DNA from: Lama guanicoe | Lineage: Eukaryota | Length of the DNA stretch: 64,000 nt | Reading direction: 5' to 3' | NCBI GenBank assembly: GCA_013239625.1 | Contig: MU054049.1 | Coordinates: 135,015 to 199,014 of the forward strand | Shown: one piece after another, positions 49,605 through 61,420 of the stretch | Layout: each line of letters starts with the position of its first letter | How positions within the stretch are numbered: the first letter of the stretch is position 1 | Translations under genes and position numbers: made by a program | Notes under the pieces: model-generated | Databases searched by the model: none | Told to the model about the DNA's origin: nothing | What the model saw: only the letters and a program-made list of their open reading frames with translations

Positions 49605-49795
49605 TCTCGTATTTTCTCTTCCCTCCTTCCTTCCTTCGCTTCTTTCTTTCTTCCTTCACTTCTTTCTTCCTTCACTTCTTTCTTCCTTCACTTCTTTCTT
49701 CCTTCACTTCTTTCTTTCTTTCTTCCTTTCTTTCTTTCATCTTCCTTCATTCTTTCTTTCTTCCTTTCTTCCTTTCTTTCTTTCTTCCTTCCTTC

Positions 49796-49856
<61 letters not shown>

Positions 49857-49914
49857 TTTTCTTTCCTTCTTTCCTTCTTTCTTTCCTTCTTTCCTCCTTC
49901 CTTCCTTCCTTCCT
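49605..49914 (+). repeat. ~310-bp (TTTC/TTCC)n polypyrimidine microsatellite
   Basis: Directly visible; abuts a ~35-bp L1 3' tip (attgatatatagtcagttacaatgtgtcaatttct). Confidence 0.95.
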
Positions 49915-50189
49915 ATTGATATATAGTCAGTTACAATGTGTCAATTTCTAGATAGAATACACAGCTAGGCCTTTGGAAAAGAGTAAAAATTCTTTTCTGT
50001 GGTGTCTGAGATCCAGGGCTTTTCAATATCTTCCTCCAACTTAAATCCTTCCAGCTTTCTCATTGGCTGTTTACAGCCCCCACCACTGCTACCACACATG
50101 TGGTACCACACCTAACCCGATGGTAATATGCCAGATATATGATGCCCTACTTTTTTTAATAATAAAAGATAATTGCAAACAATATTGCA

Positions 50190-52700
50190 CATAAAAGGAG
50201 TATATGCTCCTTTTTAAAATAATAAAATATTGCAAAAATGAATCATAACACTAAAAAGAGTGCAGAAAGAATATCTGTACATTTGAAACAAGAAAAATAG
50301 AATCTACCACTCAGCTTAAGAAACAGACCTTTACAAGTGTCTTAGGAACCCCCTGTGTGCCACTCCCCAAATGCAGTTCACCTACTCCCTCCAAGTAATG
50401 TCACCCTGAATGTTGCCTTGATCATCTTTGGCTTTTCTGTATAGTTTTCAGTATCATATCTTTGGAAAAAACATACATTTTATAATTGCATATTGCTGGT
50501 GTTTAGAAATGCAGTTGACTCTTGTGTATTGACTTTTTTTCAATCCAACAAACAAATTCTTCTGTTAATTTAAAAATATGTATCTGTTGGTTCTTTGGGG
50601 TTTTCTGTGTAGAAAGTCTTAACATTTGCAAATAATGACAGCTTTTTAATCTCTTCAACCTCCCTTTCTTTTTTGTCTTCTTATTGCACTGGCTAAGCCC
50701 TTCAGTATTACTGAATAGAAAAGGTGAAAGCAGACATTCTTGTCATTTTCTGATCTTGAAGAGAATGTCTTCATCACCTCTACATACATTTTGTTATAGA
50801 CTTTGTTATGTGCCCATTATCAAATTAAAGAAAATCTCTTCTCATCCTTTGCTTTTCATAAGGCTTTGGATTTTTTTTTGTCTTGTTTTTAAATCATGAA
50901 TGGGCATTGAATTTTATTGAACAGATCTTTGTATCTGTAAGCATGAGTATTTGGTCTTGCTTCTTTAATCTGCTGATATGATGAATAACATTAAATGATT
51001 TAAAAATTAGATCAATTTTTGTGTTCCTGGGATAATCGCAAAGTGTTCATGATGTGTGATTCTTTACACCTTTTGCTTTAAAGTATTTTGAGTTCTTTAG
51101 AGTATTTTATTTAAGAGCTGTCATTTCTATTTACAAGGGAAATTGAGCCGTCGCTTTAGTTTCCTTGTGTTCAGGCAGTTCCTTGCCTGGTCTCAGCATC
51201 AGGGGTAAGACAGCCTCGTAAAACGAGTTAGTATGCACTTTCACGTTTTCAACTCCTTGGAAGAGTATATGTGAAGTAGAATCATCTGGTCTTTGATGTT
51301 TGATGGAAATCAGCCCTAAGGCCATTTGGGTCTGGTGTTTCCTTCACTGAAGGATTCTAGCAACTAATAAGGTTTTTACATTTTCACCTTGAAACAATTT
51401 TAATACCTTGCATTTTGCTGATATGTATCTATCTCAGTATTATTCTTCTTAGTATTTCTTTATTACTCTAATTTCTGCAATATTTAGTTATATTCCTTAA
51501 CCCTTAAATTCCTTTCTATTCAGGATTTTGTTGTGCTTTACTTCTTTTTCTCGATTACCCTTCTCCCATGCTTTTCTTCTTTATTAATATTTTCAAATAA
51601 TCGATTTAAATGTTGCCTATCCATTTTTATGTTTGTTTCTATGTCATTCACTTCTGTCCTTATATTTGTTTTCTTCCTTCTATATTTCTTTGCTGTTATT
51701 TTTCCAATTTCATCTTTTGGATATTAAGTCATTAATTTTGAAACTTCTTTAAAACCGTAAGTATTTCGGACTATAAATTTCCTTCTAGGTACTGTGAAGG
51801 TAATACATAGTATTTTTATTAGGTTCACTTATAAATATTTTCTCACTTCTGTTTTTCTTTTTTGTCCCATGAATTATTTAGAAATATGTCTCTATAATTT
51901 AAAAAAAGTTTAAGTATATTTTAAGTTACTGTTTTTCTTACTTATTTCTAATTTAATAATGTGAGCTGAATATGTGGTCTATATGATACAAATTTTTGAA
52001 AAATTTGTTGAGGATAGCTTAACTTGACTGTATTTTGATCAAAAAAAATGTGATCAAATTTTGTAAATGTTTCCTATATGAGAAGTGTGTATTCTCATTT
52101 GTTAGATATGCTAGCTGCTTGTTGTATCAATTACTTAAAGATGTTATGTTAAAACATTCCTTTTATGAGATAGATTGGTCAACTTCTCCTTGTTCTGCCA
52201 ATTCCTGCTTTATGTATATTTGAGGTTGCTATTAGTAGTATGGAAGTTCAGAATTTTCTTTTCAGGTTCTTCTTTCCCTAATACATTTTATTCCATTTTT
52301 AATGTAAATTATTCTGTGTTTTTAGGTTTTACAGTTATCTCTTGCAAGCATCATAGCTGAATTTGTTTTTTCTTTGATACTCAGACTGACGGTCCTCACA
52401 TTTTTAAGCAAGGTTTTTGTCCATGTATATCTAGTGTGATTAGAATTTCTGCCTGCAATCTTACTATGCAATTTCTATTTACTCGTTCTTTTTTTCTTTT
52501 TTATCTTCTCCTTTTGTGCCTTAATTTGGATGGAATGCCTTAAAATCTGATTCTACTGTTTTCCCTCTACTTGTTTCAAGGGTATCCTGTGCCTGCTCTA
52601 CGGATGTTTATCTTAGCTATTTCAATATGCATATTTAAGTATGCCTGAAGTGTATTAATATCTTTATTGGCATCTCAAATGATGCCTTTAATATACTTTT
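50190..52700 (-). mobile_element. Old L1M (ME/MD-type) ORF2 relic
   Basis: T-rich antisense L1 motifs: ttattgcactggct, gacattcttgtc, aaatcatgaatggg, gcctcgtaaaacgagtt, ctataaatttcc. Confidence 0.8.
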
Positions 52701-52721
52701 TCTAGGCTTACTACTTTTTAG

Positions 52722-52835
52722 CAGCACATTTACTGTGAAGCTAATGACGCATGAATTTGAGGACTCTATTTGCGTGAGCTCTTTCCAAGATGCTGAACCC
52801 CATTTTGCTTTTAAAATTTAGTATCCTTTTTTATT
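52722..52835 (+). mobile_element. Zaphod/MER115-like hAT-Tip100 fragment
   Basis: atttactgtgaagctaatga...ttccaag terminal motif. Confidence 0.55.
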
Positions 52836-52989
52836 TAGTATTTAGTATGTATTTTAATAAATCATAATAAATTTAGTATTATTCTGTGCTAGCTCAGCAT
52901 TACATTTGAAAAGATGTTTCTTATATTGTACCTGTTGTTTTCTTTGTCTCAATGAGGAGATTTATTTGGGGGATCTAAATGACATCACT

Positions 52990-53490
52990 GCTGTGGCAAG
53001 GACTAAGATTATGAAACCTGCAAAAAGTCCTCTGGGTTCCCAAACATCTCCAGGCAGGAATCAAGAGGAGAAAGCTACTTGGCTGCAAACATGGCCATTT
53101 CTTATAGAAAAGGAAGCATCTCAAAGAGAGTGGATCCAAGAGCTTGCAAGGACAGTGAATCAGGAGCCACTTTCAGGATAAAGAACCAGCCTCTAATCAG
53201 GGATGTCCCTGACCCCCCACTGCTGGGGATTCTGTAGGAGCCCAGCTGGATTTTGGTAGTTGTGTTGTCCCTCTGTTTCAGTTTCATCCCCTTTTGGTGG
53301 AGTGCCTACTACATTCATCCTACCTCTGTCTCATCACTGTCACTTAGAGTGGGGATGGGGGCAATTAACTTGTGTTTTTGGTTTGCAAATCCCCAGGCAT
53401 GACTTTGATGGTAAAATCCTTATCTTTGAAGAGCCTGATTCTATAATGAGATGAGACTTCTGGAGACAGGGGTGAGGACATTTTGCCAGA
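52990..53490 (+). mobile_element. MLT1 internal-region relic
   Basis: ccagctggatt...gggggcaattaacttgt...gagcctgat...gatgagactt...ggggtgag resembles the MLT1-int 3' end. Confidence 0.55.
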
Positions 53491-53759
53491 TGCCCCTGCT
53501 CTGGGCTCAGGAGTGCCCCTGACCGCAGCCTGGTTCTTCTCCTTGGAGTGTCACCAGAGTTATTCTCATGGGCTCCTGAAACTGCTCCTAGTTTGTTTCA
53601 CATCAAAGGCTGATGGGGACCTTGCTGGAAAAAGAAGTCCATCCTGGGCTTTCCTTTTCTTAACATTAAATGAAATAAACAAAATATTAAAGATCATGGT
53701 GCTGTATTGTTTTTAATAACTGAACAAAATATTTTGAGTGATTACCAAAGTCAATTAAC

Positions 53760-54300
53760 TGGTCTATTTAATTTTAAATATCATGCCTCTCTTCATGTAA
53801 ACAATTATAGGAGGCATTTATGAAAATGGAAATGGGCTAAAATAAAAGTGTGGGTGAAGACAATAGAATAAGATGAATCATGGAATATGCGCTTCAAGTT
53901 TCCATCCATTTGCCAAAGGGCTACCAAAGGTATTTCTGAGGTGCTAAGCAGCTCATAAAAGGAGGAAAACACAGTCATGCAACATGATTTACAGCGCCCT
54001 TAATATAAACAAACCATGACAGCTCCCCCAGAGGCACACTTCAGTTTATGCTGCTGAGACTTGAGACACATGTCCCTCTGGCCTCCAAATGAGCACTCAC
54101 TGTACAGAACCAGGGACAGTGTCCTTTACCAACACCCTCACAGGGAAGCCACTGAGTGGAGGTTCCCTGGTTGTCTTTGGGTTTGCCTTACAAGTGTCTG
54201 TGCTCTAACAGGGCACAGGTGTGTAATAGGAGCTCCAGGAGAGGGGGCTCAGGGAACTTGTTCCACGCTGCTCTGGCTGAATCCTTCCCCCAGTCCTTGA
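53760..54300 (-). mobile_element. Probable L4 (RTE-X) LINE relic
   Basis: aataagatgaa...ctgag...gcagc...ggaaaacac...gatttacag...taaacaaacca...ctgagacttgaga resembles recalled L4_Mam 3' region. Confidence 0.45.
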
Positions 54301-54606
54301 GGAATAATCATTTTCTCAATTTAATTTTTAATCATAAAGTGATGATGTCTTCAGGGTCTTCCTCTTGGATACCTGGAGTAAAGGTGGTCTTCACTGCATT
54401 TTAGTTGAAGAGTAATACATATAAATGCGTGGCCAGGCTGAAACCCAGAGTCCTTCCTTCAGAGAGCTGGGCAGTGGTTTGACCAGGACACCTGCCTGGC
54501 CCTCCCTCTGCTACTTTTCATCATGAGCAGATCATATGCTATCTTCTCCCTGACTGAGCAGGAAGCTTCCTGATGGTGAGAACCACACCTGGTCTGTTTG
54601 CCACCT

Positions 54607-54983
54607 GTAATGGTTTTCCAGGGCTGCCATAACAAAGCATCTCAAACTGAGTGGCTTGAAAAATGTATTGTCTCATAGTTCTGGAAGCTAGAAGTCTGAA
54701 ATCAAGGTGTGAACAGGGTTGGTTACAGGCCTCTCTGCTTGGCTGGTAAATGGCAGTCTTCATGTTCACGTGGCATTTTCCTTGTGTGTATGTCTGTCTC
54801 CAAATTTCCCCTTTTTATAAGTACATAAGTCACATTAGATTAGGGCCCATTTTAATGACCTCACCTTAAGCTGATGACTTCTGTCAAGTCTCTATCCAAA
54901 TAAGGTCATATTCTGGGGTACTTGGAGTTAGGACTTCAACATATGAATTCGGGTTGGGAGTGGCCACAATTCAACCCATAGCA
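54607..54983 (-). mobile_element. MLT1B/C MaLR solo LTR inserted in an L2 tail
   Basis: agggctgccataacaaag...agttctggaagctagaagtctgaaatcaaggtgt...ttaggacttcaacatatgaatt...cacaattcaacccatagca. Confidence 0.88.
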
Positions 54984-55549
54984 CCGTTGCATCTCCTAAC
55001 AGCATCAGACACAAAAGCAAACTAGCAGAATATTGGGTGAATTAATGAATGAAGACATGACTTGGGGTTTACTTTATCAATAGACAGAGTGTGTTCAAGA
55101 CCCAAGATTTTTACGTTAGAGCAATCATTTTAGGCTGGAAAATCTAAAATAAGTGTTACTAAATGCTCGTGTTAGTCATAAAAGCCTTAGAAAAGCTTAG
55201 CAAAGGATGTCTCACTTTAAGTTATGTGACTTCCTGATGACCACTCCAAGGTAAACCAGTTATAAAAAGTACCTCTAGGTAAATGAATGAGTTGAAACTA
55301 CACAGGGTTATTATCCAAACATAGTTAAATGAGAGGAAACCTTCCAAAAGTGATGACTTGGGCTTCAAATGGCTAGTCTTGATCTGGCACCGATGAGATG
55401 CCTGATTAGCTATCTGGCCTCGTGGCTTTAACACTGACCCCACCTGCTCTGAACCAACACAGTGCTCTGTCCTCTTGAGTCAGGGAGGCTAATGCTGGGG
55501 AGAATGTCTTTATTTCCTCCTCTCCCTCTAAAACTGACTGTGTTTCTTT

Positions 55550-56160
55550 CTTTCTGATTAAAATGATAATGTATCATAAAGAAGATGTCTAACCACTCTG
55601 AAAGTTAAAAAAAATTCCTCAAAACTTCTAAAAGTTTGGGATAGTAATTAGTTTCAATTAGGTATATATAATTCCAAACATTTTCTACATACATATTTAC
55701 ATTTAATATATGATATATATTCACCCAAATGGGATCTTACAAAACATATTTTTTTCATCACTTGAATTTTGAACTTAATAAAGCATGGCCATGAGTCCAC
55801 ACAGAGCTACAGCAGCATGCATGGTACCAGGATGTGGCTTTCCTCTTGCCCCAACCCTTTGCTGAAGGACCTGCATTGTTTCTAATTTTTTGCTACTATA
55901 AATATATTTAATAAAATTCCCCACATGTACACATTTATATGCTCACTGGATTATTTCCAAATGTTAAAACACCTTGAAGTAGAATTGCCTTGTCAAAATA
56001 AATAAACGTATCCTAAATTGAAAAAATATTCTTTAAAGATATTGGATCCATCTTGTCTCTCGCCAATAGCACTTGGAATTGTTGTTTCCCTACATGGTCA
56101 CAACACAGGACATTGTTCTTTTAAAATTTTGACAGTTTGATGCGCAAAACTGATAACTCA
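55550..56160 (-). mobile_element. L1ME-type 3' relic
   Basis: ttctgattaaaatgataat...ttgtttctaattttttgctactataaat...gaagtagaattgc. Confidence 0.6.
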
Positions 56161-56711
56161 CAAATAACAGAACACACTCAGGAGTAGCATCTAGACGTAA
56201 CTACAGTTTTGTTTTGTTTTGTTTTATTTTTTTTCCCTCATGCTTTGGGTCCCGGTTCAGAGGCTTGGGACTGTCAGGACCAAGGTGTCTGAAATTTTTG
56301 TGGCCTTTCCTAATTGGAAACAGACAATCTTGTTTTCTAAGAGGGAGGAGGAAGATGGAACAAGGAAAGCAAAATTTGCCAGAAAGCCCCTGCAGATATC
56401 TGCTTTTGCCTCATTGACTGTTCAGAACAATTCCTTTTCCCGGCACTCCTATAGCTAAAGGTGATCACGTGACCCTGTGACTGTAGCAGATGCTAGCTTC
56501 CTGTTTATTGCTCATTCTTAACTTCTTTCTCAATAATAATCCTCAAAATTTTGCTTAGTCTAGTTTTTTTTTTCCCTGATGGAATTTTAGCGCCTTTAGG
56601 GAAGGCTCATGAATTACCTTATTTTCAACTCCTCTAGACTTGAGCGCACAGAGACTTCACAGTTCTTGGAATTCGGTTGGCTGCCAGTCAAGAACTTAGT
56701 AAAACATACAT

Positions 56712-56952
56712 ACTACTTCTTGAATACTTACCATATGCCAAGCACTTTTCCAAATGCTTTACATGTATTAACACGTTTTATCCCACAACTGCCTTATGAG
56801 GTAGATACTATTATGATACCCATTTAACAGATGAGGAAATTGAAGTGCAGAGTGGTTAAGTAACTTGCCCAAAGCCACACAGTCAGAAGATTCGAAGGAC
56901 GGAGCTGGGATTTGAAGGCAGACGGGCTGCTTTCTAGCCTTGTACTCTACTG
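56712..56952 (-). mobile_element. MIR SINE, near full length
   Basis: ttgaatacttaccatatgccaagcact...tatgaggtagatactatt...cccatttaacagatgaggaaattga...ggttaagtaacttgcccaaag...gctgggatttgaa. Confidence 0.9.
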
Positions 56953-57871
56953 AACCGTATCGGTAAGTCATAAGGGGCTTTCACCATCAAATCTTAATTA
57001 CGTGATGAGAGGTGATAAAAAGCAAACAAAATATACAACTATTTTAAGACTATACTTTAAAGGGAAAGGGGACAGCTGTTTGAAGCAGGGAGCTAAGGAA
57101 AAGACTGTGTGTGCCTCATTTCTCATCAGGGTCGATCAGGTTTAAAAATATAATCGCCTTCTTCCGCATTCATTCTGTGTTTGTGGAAACTTCACAGTGA
57201 TCAAAGCTGTCTTGGGGCAAAGAGGGAGCCCTGCTGTAAACCGAAATTCTGCGGGGAGTGATGTGTTCCTCTCCAGCCCCTCTGCTGTAGACACGGTGCC
57301 TGGGGAGTGTTGTTTGATTCTCCTTTGAAGAAATACTTCCATTGTCCAATCGCCATATCCTGACCTGGTGAAAAGACAGAAGGCCAAAGGACCCAGTTTC
57401 AAGCTCACTGGAATCTGTGAGACCTCAGTTTCTATACCTATAAAATAAGGCTAGTTTGGATTCTTTGGCAGGAACTAGTTGATAAAATCAGCAGATTCTG
57501 TGTAGCCCCCGATACGCTGTGTTTGCAGACACAATGAGGTTGGTTTTTTCTCACAAAGGTGAGATCTTTGGTCTTTGATAAGAAGCCAAGGTGGCAACTC
57601 CGGAAGCTGAGTTCATTTCATTTCACTACTCAGAGTCTTCTTGGTCCCCAAAATTTCATGTCAGATACGTCTTATTTGACAGTTATAAAGAGGTGTACTT
57701 GGGGCCTCAGAGGGAACTTTAGAAATGAGGATAATGCTCAAATGCTCCATGGAAATTTATGGTCCCAAGAGATCTGACTGTGGCTTTCCCATTTATCTGT
57801 CTGACCAGACCTCTTCCCAGCTCTTCTAGTCCCTTTCCTTTTGGAAACTCACACACCTTCTCTTCCCAAAG

Positions 57872-58260
57872 TGTATCAGTCAGAGTAGGCTAAATTTTGC
57901 TGCAGTAACAAATCACCTAAAAAAAATCTCAGTTGATTTCTTGTTCTCATGAAGTCCACTGCAGATCTGAGTGACTCTTCAGGGCATCTCTCCTTCCTAT
58001 TTAGCAATTCACATGATTTTCTCCTTTTGGCCTCTCCATCTCAGCACTCCTCACTGTTGCAGATGAAGAAAGAGTCAGAGGGTCAAATATCTGTAGTTCA
58101 TTGCTTTGGTCCAGAATGACATGCCATTCTCATTTCCATTTCTTTGGGAAGAGCTAGTTACATGGCCGTATCTAACTCTAAGGAATAAAAGTTTAAATTC
58201 TCTATGTAAGTGAAATTTGAGGCAAACTAGATACCGGCGAACATTAATTATGTTGACTGT
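57872..58260 (-). mobile_element. MLT1K/J-like MaLR LTR
   Basis: tgtatcagtcag...taggcta...tgctgcagtaacaaa...tagttacatggcc...ctaact. Confidence 0.7.
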
Positions 58261-58399
58261 GTAGACCAAAGCTCTCTTAATTAGATAGAGTCCCACCTGG
58301 TTGAGCTAGCAGCTTTTATCTTTGGGTTAGCCAGATTCAGGATGATGGTCTTGGTGAGGAATGAATCTGAAGGCCACTATTTCAGTTTATCCCAGGTCA

Positions 58400-60140
58400 G
58401 GATCCTTGGCATCAGTCCTAACAAATGACCATCAAGCCTTTCTTTGGCCTCTTCCAATGTTGGAGTCTTCCCACCTCATGAGCCTGAAAACTCCACGCTG
58501 AGACAACTCGATTGGAAAATTCTTCCTTGCTTAAACCTATCTACCTGGCATAGCCAGTTCCCAGGACTACCTCCCTACCTTTAACTGGAGCTGGCTCTGT
58601 CCACAGACCCTCTTCCATGACCCTTCAAATGCCTGAGGCCATCAACATGTCTCCTTTCAGTCCAGTTTACAAAGCCTCAGATACCTTCTAAACCCTCACG
58701 TGATCTCCAGTTCTCACTGTTCTGATCACCCCTCTCTGTATCACCTCCTCTCAGTGTGGTGCTCAGATGCAAGCTCTGTTTCCCCATAGTCTTACCATTG
58801 CCAACTAAAGTCATCACTGCTCTTCTTTCCTGGACTCTGCACACTTCTAGCAATGTCACCTAAGACAACATCAGTTTCCCCAGCAGGCTCATCACATTCT
58901 GGGCATATATTCCATCTGGACTATTGGGAACTGAGGCCCAGGACTTGCTCCTCTTCCCCTTCTGGGTTCTGTCCAGTGGTTTGTAGATACAACCCAATGG
59001 AAATAAAAATGAAAAGCTTTACTAGTGATTGGGCCTGCATCCCAAGATTGACAAAAGGCAGGTGTATTTGATCTAAACTGGAACAGAGAGTTCATTTTGG
59101 TTCTCCAAGTATGAAGGGTGACCTCAGCTTTCTCCATTTGTACTGAAGACAACTAGGAAATAGTGTGAGGCTGACTTAACTCACTCATTCACTTTAGGGT
59201 AAAGAAGCTGAAAAATATACAGGTGTGTATTCACACCAACACACACCCACATACACTACAAGATGGCCAAGTGTACTTACAGAAGACAAGCCCTGAGGCC
59301 TGACCACCTATACTTAGACAGGAGATAAGGAAGAATAGAGCTTTCTGACTCCTCTACTGGCCATGAGACAGGTCTGACTCTAAATAAGGGACAAAGTGGC
59401 TTTGTCCACTGGTTAAAGGCTCTCAGTAAATAAACTTTATTTCATCTTGGCTTCAGACCTTTCCCCAACTTAACAGGATCACTTCAAATCATGATTGGAT
59501 AATTCACCCAACTAAGTTATGTTGTTTGCTTCTGTGTTATCCAAATTATTTAGCAGGAGAGGAACTGATACAGAGAAATGAGACATCTTAATTTTTCTAA
59601 GCAGACTAATACTCCTTGAGTGTCATTTTAGCTAAATAATAATATCTCATGTTACTCAAGGGTAAAAAAAGGTAGTCTTCGGAGATATTTTGCTGAAACT
59701 TAACCGACAGAGGAGGCCACTCTATGAGAAAATGAGATGGGTCTTTTATGGCTTGTTCTTGGTGAGCCCGTGTTGATTCACCTTCTTTTCCAGGTTGCCA
59801 AGGGCTCCCATTTAAAAGTTCCCCAGGGAAATATACACAAAATCTTATGGTTGCTCACAGAGAAAAAAATGTGACAATGAGTGTGTATATGTCCATGTAT
59901 GACTGAAAAATTGTGCTGAACACTGGAATTTGACACAACATTGTAAACTGATTATAAATCAATAAAAAATGTTTAAAAAAATAAATATATAAAAAATAAA
60001 AGTTCCCCTTAAAAATTTTCCAGGAAGCAGCATCTTGTCTTTCAGAATCTACCATTTTCTTCTTTATGAGCACCAGGACAACGTTTATCCATCTGCCTCT
60101 TCACTAGTTGATAGATCCTTTCAAGTTCAAGGGGATTTTG
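58400..60140 (-). mobile_element. L3/CR1 LINE relic, including RT motifs
   Basis: Minus strand near 59725-59780 reads NQHGLTKNKP*KTHLIFS (CR1 motif SQHGFTKNKSCQTNLISF); ttttgctgaaac matches the DFSKAF region; 58400-58930 matches the L3 3' end. Confidence 0.75.
59825..59996 (+). mobile_element. 5'-truncated lineage-specific L1 3' end
   Basis: Perfect 12-bp TSD taaaagttcccc (59813-24 / 59997-60008) at a TT/AAAA endonuclease site; A-rich tail. Confidence 0.92.
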
Positions 60141-60449
60141 TGCAAGTAGAAGAGTTTATATTTGTACTTCATGGATTTAATAAAAAGGCTATTCATATTA
60201 GGATTTTAACAAACAGTGAACATGTATATATATATATACACACATAAAATATATATATATAAACAACCAACATTTTACCTCATAATATCTTTCTAATATA
60301 ATCTTTCATAATTAAGAACATGATAAATTTTTTAAAAAACCCTAATATTGATATATTATTAAAAATCTATTTTAATCAAACTTATCAAACACTTAATTAA
60401 AAGTGCTGGCCAAATAGATAATATTCTTTTTAATGTTTTAAATGCTTCA

Positions 60450-61420
60450 TAGTGGAGATCGGTAGTAGGTTGCTCGTACCTGAGTCCCTTCTCTTCCTGT
60501 GTGCAAGGGAAGATTCCTGGGTTCTTGCAATCTGGCATGACCCTTTGACCAATTCAGGCTAATGGGCTGCAAGCAGAAGTTAAATGTGCCTCTCTGGGGC
60601 CAAAGCACTAAATTTCCAGGACAAGGTCCTCCAATGTTCTTTTGCCCTATCTCGATGTATGAACTATCTATAGCCAGATAACAAATTACTTCCAACACTC
60701 AATGCCTTAAAGTAATAAACATTTATTATCTTATTCTGTGGGTCAGGACTTCCGAAACATCTTAGCTGGTTAGTCTAGCTGATGGCCTTTCCTGAGGTTA
60801 TAGTCAAGATGGCGGCCAGTGATACCTGAAGGCGGCCAGTCTTGACTGATGTTGGAGGATTTGCTCATATGATGGTTCACTTACATGGTTGTTGGCATGA
60901 GGCCTCAATTCCTCACTGACTGTCAGAAGGTGGCCTCAGTTCTTCACCATTTGGACCACTCCATAGGACTTCTTGAATGTCCTCACAACATGGTGACTGG
61001 CTTCCTGCAGAATGAGTTATCCAAGATAGAATAAGTCACAATGCCTTTTATGTTCTGGTCTTGGAAGTCACCCGTTGTTGCTACTGCAACATTCTATTCA
61101 TTAAAAGCAAGTCATTAAGTATAGTCCAAACCAAAATGGAGAAGAATTCATCTCTACATTTTGAAAGGGAAGTATAAAAGAATTCATTTTTTTTTAAATC
61201 ACACTCAGTAGTGGAAGGGGCTACATATTCTAGAGGATGTAACTACAAAGTTGTGGATCTGCTGTCAGCCTGGGTCCCTGAGTGACTTGGTGGAGCAAAT
61301 CCCTTGGCTGAACTAAGATGGATGTGGAGCATGGGAAAGAAGTAAATCTTTACTATGTCAAGTTGCAAGGATTTTGAGATTATTTATAATCACATCATAA
61401 CCTAGGCTATCCTTACCAGT
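60450..61420 (+). mobile_element. MLT1J/K-like LTR split by a younger MLT1
   Basis: ggcatgaccctttgaccaa...gcagaagt.aaatgtgcctct (5' part); cagcctgggtccctgagtgact...ggagca...taacctaggctatcct (3' part). Confidence 0.65.
60656..61203 (-). mobile_element. MLT1F/G-like MaLR LTR (nested)
   Basis: tgtat...taacaaattac...aaacatttattatct...tctgtgggtcagga...tgtcctcacaacatgg...ttggaagtcac...aaatcaca. Confidence 0.8.

Noticed and set aside
49590..49919. 109-aa F/S/L-rich ORF
   Set aside because: Translation of the (TTTC)n microsatellite.
55350..55406. Possible C/D box snoRNA (GTGATGA...CTGA)
   Set aside because: Short, no convincing terminal stem, and no recognisable rRNA/snRNA antisense element.
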